64,000 nucleotides of DNA, from NCBI GenBank assembly GCA_900547165.1, contig URFZ01000001.1, positions 11,631 to 75,630 of the forward strand, read 5' to 3'. The notes below the pieces were generated by a model. The model worked only from the letters and a program-made list of their open reading frames with translations, ran no database searches and was not told where the DNA came from. The translations under genes and the position numbers were made by a program. Shown piece by piece: positions 62,520-64,000 of this stretch. The DNA comes from an uncultured Eubacteriales bacterium (GTDB lineage Bacteria > Bacillota > Clostridia > Oscillospirales > UBA644). The first letter of the stretch is position 1. Every line of letters begins with the position of its first letter.

Positions 62520-63908
62520 ATGATTCATCAATATAAATTTAACGGCAGAAATATAGTTTTGGACGTGTGTTCGGGCGCGGTACACGTTGTGGACGACCCG
62601 ACTTACGACATCATCTCAATGTTTGAAACAAACGACCTCGAAACGATAAAAAAAGCCGTTACCGAAAAATACAAAGACAGCGACGACGTTACGGAAAAGG
62701 ACATAGAGAACTGTTACGCACAGCTGCTCGAAATGCAGAAGAACGGTCAGCTGTTTACGGCCGATTCGTTTGAGCCCATGGCGGGAACGCTGAAAGCCCG
62801 CACATCGGGAGTTGTTAAGGCGCTATGTCTTCACATCGCGCACACCTGCAACCTTAACTGCTCATATTGTTTTGCAAGCCAAGGCAAGTATCACGGCGAA
62901 CGTGCGCTTATGAGTTACGAAGTCGGCAAACGCGCCCTTGATTTTCTTATAGAAAATTCGGGCACGAGAAGAAACCTGGAAGTCGATTTCTTCGGCGGCG
63001 AACCGCTGATGAATTTTGATGTCGTAAAACAACTTGTCGCATACGCAAGAATCATAGAAAAAGAAAAGAACAAGAATTTCCGCTTTACGCTCACTACAAA
63101 CGGTGTGCTTGTGGACGACGATGTTATAGAATTTTCCAACAGGGAGATGAGCAACGTCGTTTTAAGCCTTGACGGCAGAAAAGAAGTTCACGACAGATAC
63201 CGTGTCGATTATGCGGGCAACGGCAGTTGGGAAAAGATAGTTCCGAAGTTCCAAAAGTTTGTCAATGCTCGCGGCGGCAAAAATTACTATATGAGGGGCA
63301 CATTCACTCACGCCAACCCCGATTTTCTTGAAGACATCAAAACGATGCTCGATCTCGGTTTTTCGGAACTCAGCATGGAACCGGTTGTTGCCGCTTCGGA
63401 CGATCCCGCCGCATTGACGGAGGAAGATAAGCCCGTTGTAATGAAGCAATACGAAGACCTTGCGAAACTTATGCTCGAAAGGGATAAAGAGGGCAAGCCG
63501 TTCACGTTCTATCACTATATGATAGATCTGAAAGGCGGGCCGTGCATATACAAGCGCATCTCGGGCTGCGGTTCGGGGACGGAATATATGGCGGTCACGC
63601 CGTGGGGCGACCTCTACCCCTGCCACCAGTTCGTCGGCGACGAAAAATTCAAGCTCGGCGATATATGGTCGGGCGTAAACAACAAAAAAATTCAGGATGA
63701 GTTCGCGTCCTGCAATGTGTATGCAAGAGAAGAATGCCGCGACTGCTGGGCAAGACTTTACTGCTCGGGCGGTTGTGCGGCAAACGCATATCATGCGACA
63801 GGGTCGGTCAAAGGCGTTTACAAATACGGGTGCGACCTTTTCAAGAAGAGAATGGAATGTGCGATAGCAGTTGCCGTCGAACGCGAATTGAGAGCGGAAA
63901 ATGAGTAA
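62520..63908 (+). CDS. SCIFF peptide maturase, radical SAM/SPASM thioether-forming enzyme
   Basis: Radical SAM motif CLHIAHTCNLNCSYCF (CxxxCxxC) and GGEPLMNF. The SPASM C-terminus is CGSGTEYMAVTPWGDLYPCHQF...CRDCWARLYCSGGCAANA. The start is ATG 62520 (MIHQYKFNGRNIVLDV) or 62508. The track start at 62433 lies inside the precursor gene. Confidence 0.9.
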   Translation: MIHQYKFNGRNIVLDVCSGAVHVVDDPTYDIISMFETNDLETIKKAVTEKYKDSDDVTEKDIENCYAQLLEMQKNGQLFTADSFEPMAGTLKARTSGVVKALCLHIAHTCNLNCSYCFASQGKYHGERALMSYEVGKRALDFLIENSGTRRNLEVDFFGGEPLMNFDVVKQLVAYARIIEKEKNKNFRFTLTTNGVLVDDDVIEFSNREMSNVVLSLDGRKEVHDRYRVDYAGNGSWEKIVPKFQKFVNARGGKNYYMRGTFTHANPDFLEDIKTMLDLGFSELSMEPVVAASDDPAALTEEDKPVVMKQYEDLAKLMLERDKEGKPFTFYHYMIDLKGGPCIYKRISGCGSGTEYMAVTPWGDLYPCHQFVGDEKFKLGDIWSGVNNKKIQDEFASCNVYAREECRDCWARLYCSGGCAANAYHATGSVKGVYKYGCDLFKKRMECAIAVAVERELRAENE

Positions 63909-64000
63909 ACCTATCTGCGACTTTGTGCGCAAATACGCAAAAAGCAATGCGGCAAGATTTCACATGCCCGGGCATAAAGGCGTTCCGTTTCTCGGATTTG
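63901..64000 (+). CDS. Orn/Lys/Arg decarboxylase-fold PLP enzyme (YaaO-like), N-terminus only
   Basis: ATG 63901 overlaps the maturase stop by 8 nt. MSKPICDFVRKYAKSNAARFHMPGHKGVPFLGF carries the HMPGHK N-terminal motif. The gene runs off the window. Confidence 0.65.
   Translation, partial: MSKPICDFVRKYAKSNAARFHMPGHKGVPFLGF

Noticed and set aside
63162-63947. 261-aa minus-strand ORF.
   Set aside because: It is antisense to the SCIFF maturase SPASM region, and the sense strand has the conserved Cys motifs.
1-64000. Scan for CRISPR arrays, transposases, integrases, phage structural genes and rRNA.
   Set aside because: No regularly spaced direct repeats, no DDE/tyrosine-recombinase-like ORFs and no rRNA-like sequence were seen. 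The window looks like core chromosome with small accessory insertions.

Overview
This 64-kb chromosomal segment reads like a spore-forming Clostridia genome. The pointers are spoIVB, a SCIFF peptide locus and an archaeal-type ProRS. I support about 60 protein genes, one canonical tRNA-Ser, several near-consensus sigma-A promoters and many intrinsic terminators. I found no transposase, integrase, prophage or CRISPR array. Housekeeping blocks: (1) a peptide ABC importer operon at 4.4-10.6 kb; (2) proS ... tsaC-coaE-M18 aminopeptidase; (3) uvrC, ptsH, spoIVB and recG; (4) a tightly coupled recA-recX-rimO-pgsA-cysE-cysS string; (5) GH65 phosphorylase-pgmB-rsmG-ldhA. The most interesting content is as follows. 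(a) An unannotated 49-aa Cys-rich SCIFF-type RiPP precursor at 62308..62457 is too short for the ORF track. It has a consensus promoter, an attenuator hairpin and a radical-SAM/SPASM maturase. (b) An ECF-type sigma factor sits just upstream of, and co-directional with, two lipoproteins, one of which is a bacterial serpin. (c) A LytTR regulator, a LiaF-like membrane protein, a terminator hairpin, a hidden 48-aa sORF and a heterodimeric ABC exporter form one string. (d) A PP-loop-like protein is translationally coupled to a non-dcw MurD-type ligase (possible MurL/MurD2 route), followed by tldD-pmbA-mnmM. (e) Next to tRNA-Ser there is a promoter-proximal tRNA-like half-molecule and a small AT-richer islet encoding a tail-anchored protein with an RNxxxH (HEPN-like) motif. 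Gene-decay scars are also present: a frameshifted C45 hydrolase, a truncated YjbR, and a histidine-kinase 3' remnant. All functional calls come from motif reading by eye; no database search was run.
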